A stretch of DNA of 63,367 nucleotides, the filler included, from Craspedostauros australis (lineage: Eukaryota): NCBI GenBank assembly GCA_030167865.1. It is 10 parts of 10 records of this genome, joined end to end, with 100 filler letters (N's around TTAATTAATTAA, not from the genome) between each part and the next. Parts side by side here need not be neighbours in the genome. Positions count along the whole stretch, not along the records: positions 59,250 to 62,233 come from JALAGF010002772.1; positions 62,334 to 63,367 come from JALAGF010002775.1; 8 more parts are not named here. One strand, written 5' to 3'. The notes below the pieces were generated by a model. The model had not been told where the DNA came from. It saw nothing but the letters and a program-made list of their open reading frames with translations, and did not search any database. Every line of letters starts with the position of its first letter. The first letter of the stretch is position 1. This document shows positions 61,296 through 63,367 of this stretch, piece after piece. Both the position numbers and the translations under genes were made by a program.

Positions 61296-62233
61296 ATGAT
61301 GAGTCAACACAGATCCCAACACAGACGCGCGGCCGATGACAACGCTGGCAAGGAGGCCGACTCTCGCTTCCTTGGAAGCTTGTATGCCATGACGGACATG
61401 GGCAACCACAAGCCAATGGAACTGTCGTCCGACAAAAGCCGGGTCCCGGCCACGCCGAAGCGCTCCAGCCAATCAAGCACCAGGAGGAGCGCATCCGGTG
61501 GCAAGGCGAAGAAACCCGCCAAGAACAACTCCGGCAGCCAGCCGACCATGACCCGCAGGACGAGCCGCGTGCCAACCCGCAACTACAGCGGCAGCCTCGC
61601 GCCGAACAGCGGCCACTTCTCGTGTGGCGATCGTCGTTTCTATGGTGAGCATTCGCAGGAGCTGCGTCGCGTCCTTTCGGTTCAGAAACGAAGCTCCAAG
61701 AATGGAGACTTTGTGCTCGTGGCTCAGCCCGCCCCAAGCGAGCAGCAGGAGTTCACGTCGCCCTACTTTGATCAGTACCCCAATCACAGCCAGCCCCGCC
61801 AGCACCATTACGGCGATGGCAACGCACGGTCCACCGTTCGATTCTTTGACGCGCCGGAAGACGACATCCAAATGGATGATCCTTTCCAGGAGCCGCAAGC
61901 CACGTACGATCATGCGCCAGCTCCAACAGGATACGAGTCGGCCGTTCCGCAAATCGGCATCGACGTCGAAACGCCCACCGCGCCCACTGACCTGCTCCGC
62001 GACGAGACCAGCGGAAAGTCCCTCGGTTTGGATATGCTGGACAAAACCGCGCGCCAAACTTCGCCGTACCACCAACAGACACCATCTCAGAATCCACCAC
62101 CGCCGGATTCCAACTCCTCGCCGAACACCGCCTACAAGTTCAAGGCATTCAAGAAGAAGCTCCTGCAGCACAAGACATTGAAGATCATCCAGATCTCCCT
62201 CGTCGTCTTCATCAACCTCATGACACTCTTCGG
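61296..62233 (+). CDS. Hypothetical membrane protein: disordered N-terminus and first TM helix (3' truncated)
   Basis: 312 open codons with GC3-biased codon usage, ending in hydrophobic IIQISLVVFINLMTLFG at the scaffold end. Confidence 0.65.
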
Positions 62234-62333
62234 NNNNNNNNNNNNNNNNNNNNNNNNNNNNNNNNNNNNNNNNNNNNTTAATTAATTAANNNNNNNNNNN
62301 NNNNNNNNNNNNNNNNNNNNNNNNNNNNNNNNN

Positions 62334-63367
62334 GTGTGGGTGCTGTTCGCGTTCGTCGGTGGTGGGGTGTTCGTTGTGTTCGTTGCGTTTTTGTTGATCG
62401 TGGTTTCCAGGGTACTCATGTTCGTGGGCTTCGGTTTCGTGCGCTGGTACGACGCGGACATGTATTGCTTCACTCGCATTGGGTTCACGTGTNCCCGCGC
62501 ATACCAGTCAGTCTTCATTTNGGTCGTCTCCNTGCACCGCCTGNATGCCTNNTACTCAGTTGGTCTGTTCTTCGGGTCCGCGCGTGCCACTCTGCACACC
62601 TCCTCCAACACTTCCACCAGGTATGGGCGAATGGGCTTGTTACGTTGTACAGCTTTCGCAGCCCAGCCAGGTTCAGCCAATCGCGGATGTTCTGTTGCTG
62701 CTGTGGTGTCCTGCAGCACACTACTTACATCAGGTGTCTCCAAGGCTGCCATGTTGATCCCTTCGAGGTACGTCGGCGCCTTGCTTTCGGTGGCACTCTT
62801 CGCGAACCTGGGGGTCTTTTTCTGCTTCCGTGGTGATGTTGCTGCAAGTGGCTCTTGTGTGGACTGGTGTTCTATCATGATAGGAACCTTGGAATTCATG
62901 ACGTCATAGTCTTCCCATTCAGCTTCCTCCACATGCACTGGATCAGTAACATTTGAAGCTGCAAGTACGTCTGCGTAGCCGTTTCTGTGTTGCACAACGT
63001 GCGTTGATCGTACATTCATGCCCTTCGCGCGGAACCTGATGCGTGCATTTGTCTTGTGCGTCACACAGCGACCTTTCAAACCCGATGCGTAAACCAAGAC
63101 GGTGGTAGTACCTCTGATATTTCCCATTCGCATCGCGACGAAAATTTCGTGTTCGGTTTGAATCTTGCCGCCACTTTGCACATAGGATCGTAGTACGATA
63201 GTGATGTAGGCGAAGTGAGTGTCGATTCGCCCTTTGCCGGTTTGGGCTTCTGTTTAGATCCAAATGACAAATTGAGGAAGTCCGTTGCATGACGCATTCT
63301 TGTTGATCCATGATGAGACGAGCGCGATGTGCTCGTGGCTGGCAAAGCAGCCAGCGTTGTCTGACTG
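62334..63367 (-). pseudogene. Sola3-like DDD transposase fragment with in-frame stop
   Basis: From the window end: QSDNAGCF...WI*TEAQTGKGRIDTHFAY...YVQSGG...PGWA. TAA at 63256-63254, same frame as ORF 63181-62282. Confidence 0.7.

Overview
Eukaryotic draft-assembly DNA, very probably a pennate diatom. This is an inference from bipartite plastid presequences, diatom-type receptor cyclase, CoDi-like copia gag, Ambal-like LINE and short GT-AG introns. The window is not contiguous: nine 100-bp artificial spacers (44 N + TTAATTAATTAA + 44 N) join ten separate scaffolds. Scaffold 1 (1-14337): two adjacent Harbinger/PHIS-type TIR elements with ACT target sites, a receptor-type nucleotide cyclase whose 3' end appears eroded, a decayed DDE_Tnp_4 transposase interrupted by a solo LTR, an intronless cytochrome P450 and a partial YeeE/YedE gene. 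Scaffold 2 (14438-39279) is gene-dense host DNA: mL54, UBA plus papain-like DUB candidate, M13 peptidase, EEP hydrolase, MATE transporter, plastid-targeted thermospermine-synthase-like enzyme, DIX-like/auxilin J protein, MBOAT acyltransferase, plastid DGGGPS-like prenyltransferase, homoserine dehydrogenase, AFG2-like AAA ATPase and DnaJ-X protein. The small scaffolds carry a combinatorial 16-bp minisatellite followed by a copia 5' end, a divergent pair of secreted Lys-rich RXL proteins, an intron-bearing piggyBac-like transposase, two near-identical Ambal-like LINE contigs and a Sola3-like transposase pseudogene. All family calls come from motif recognition by eye; no searches were run.
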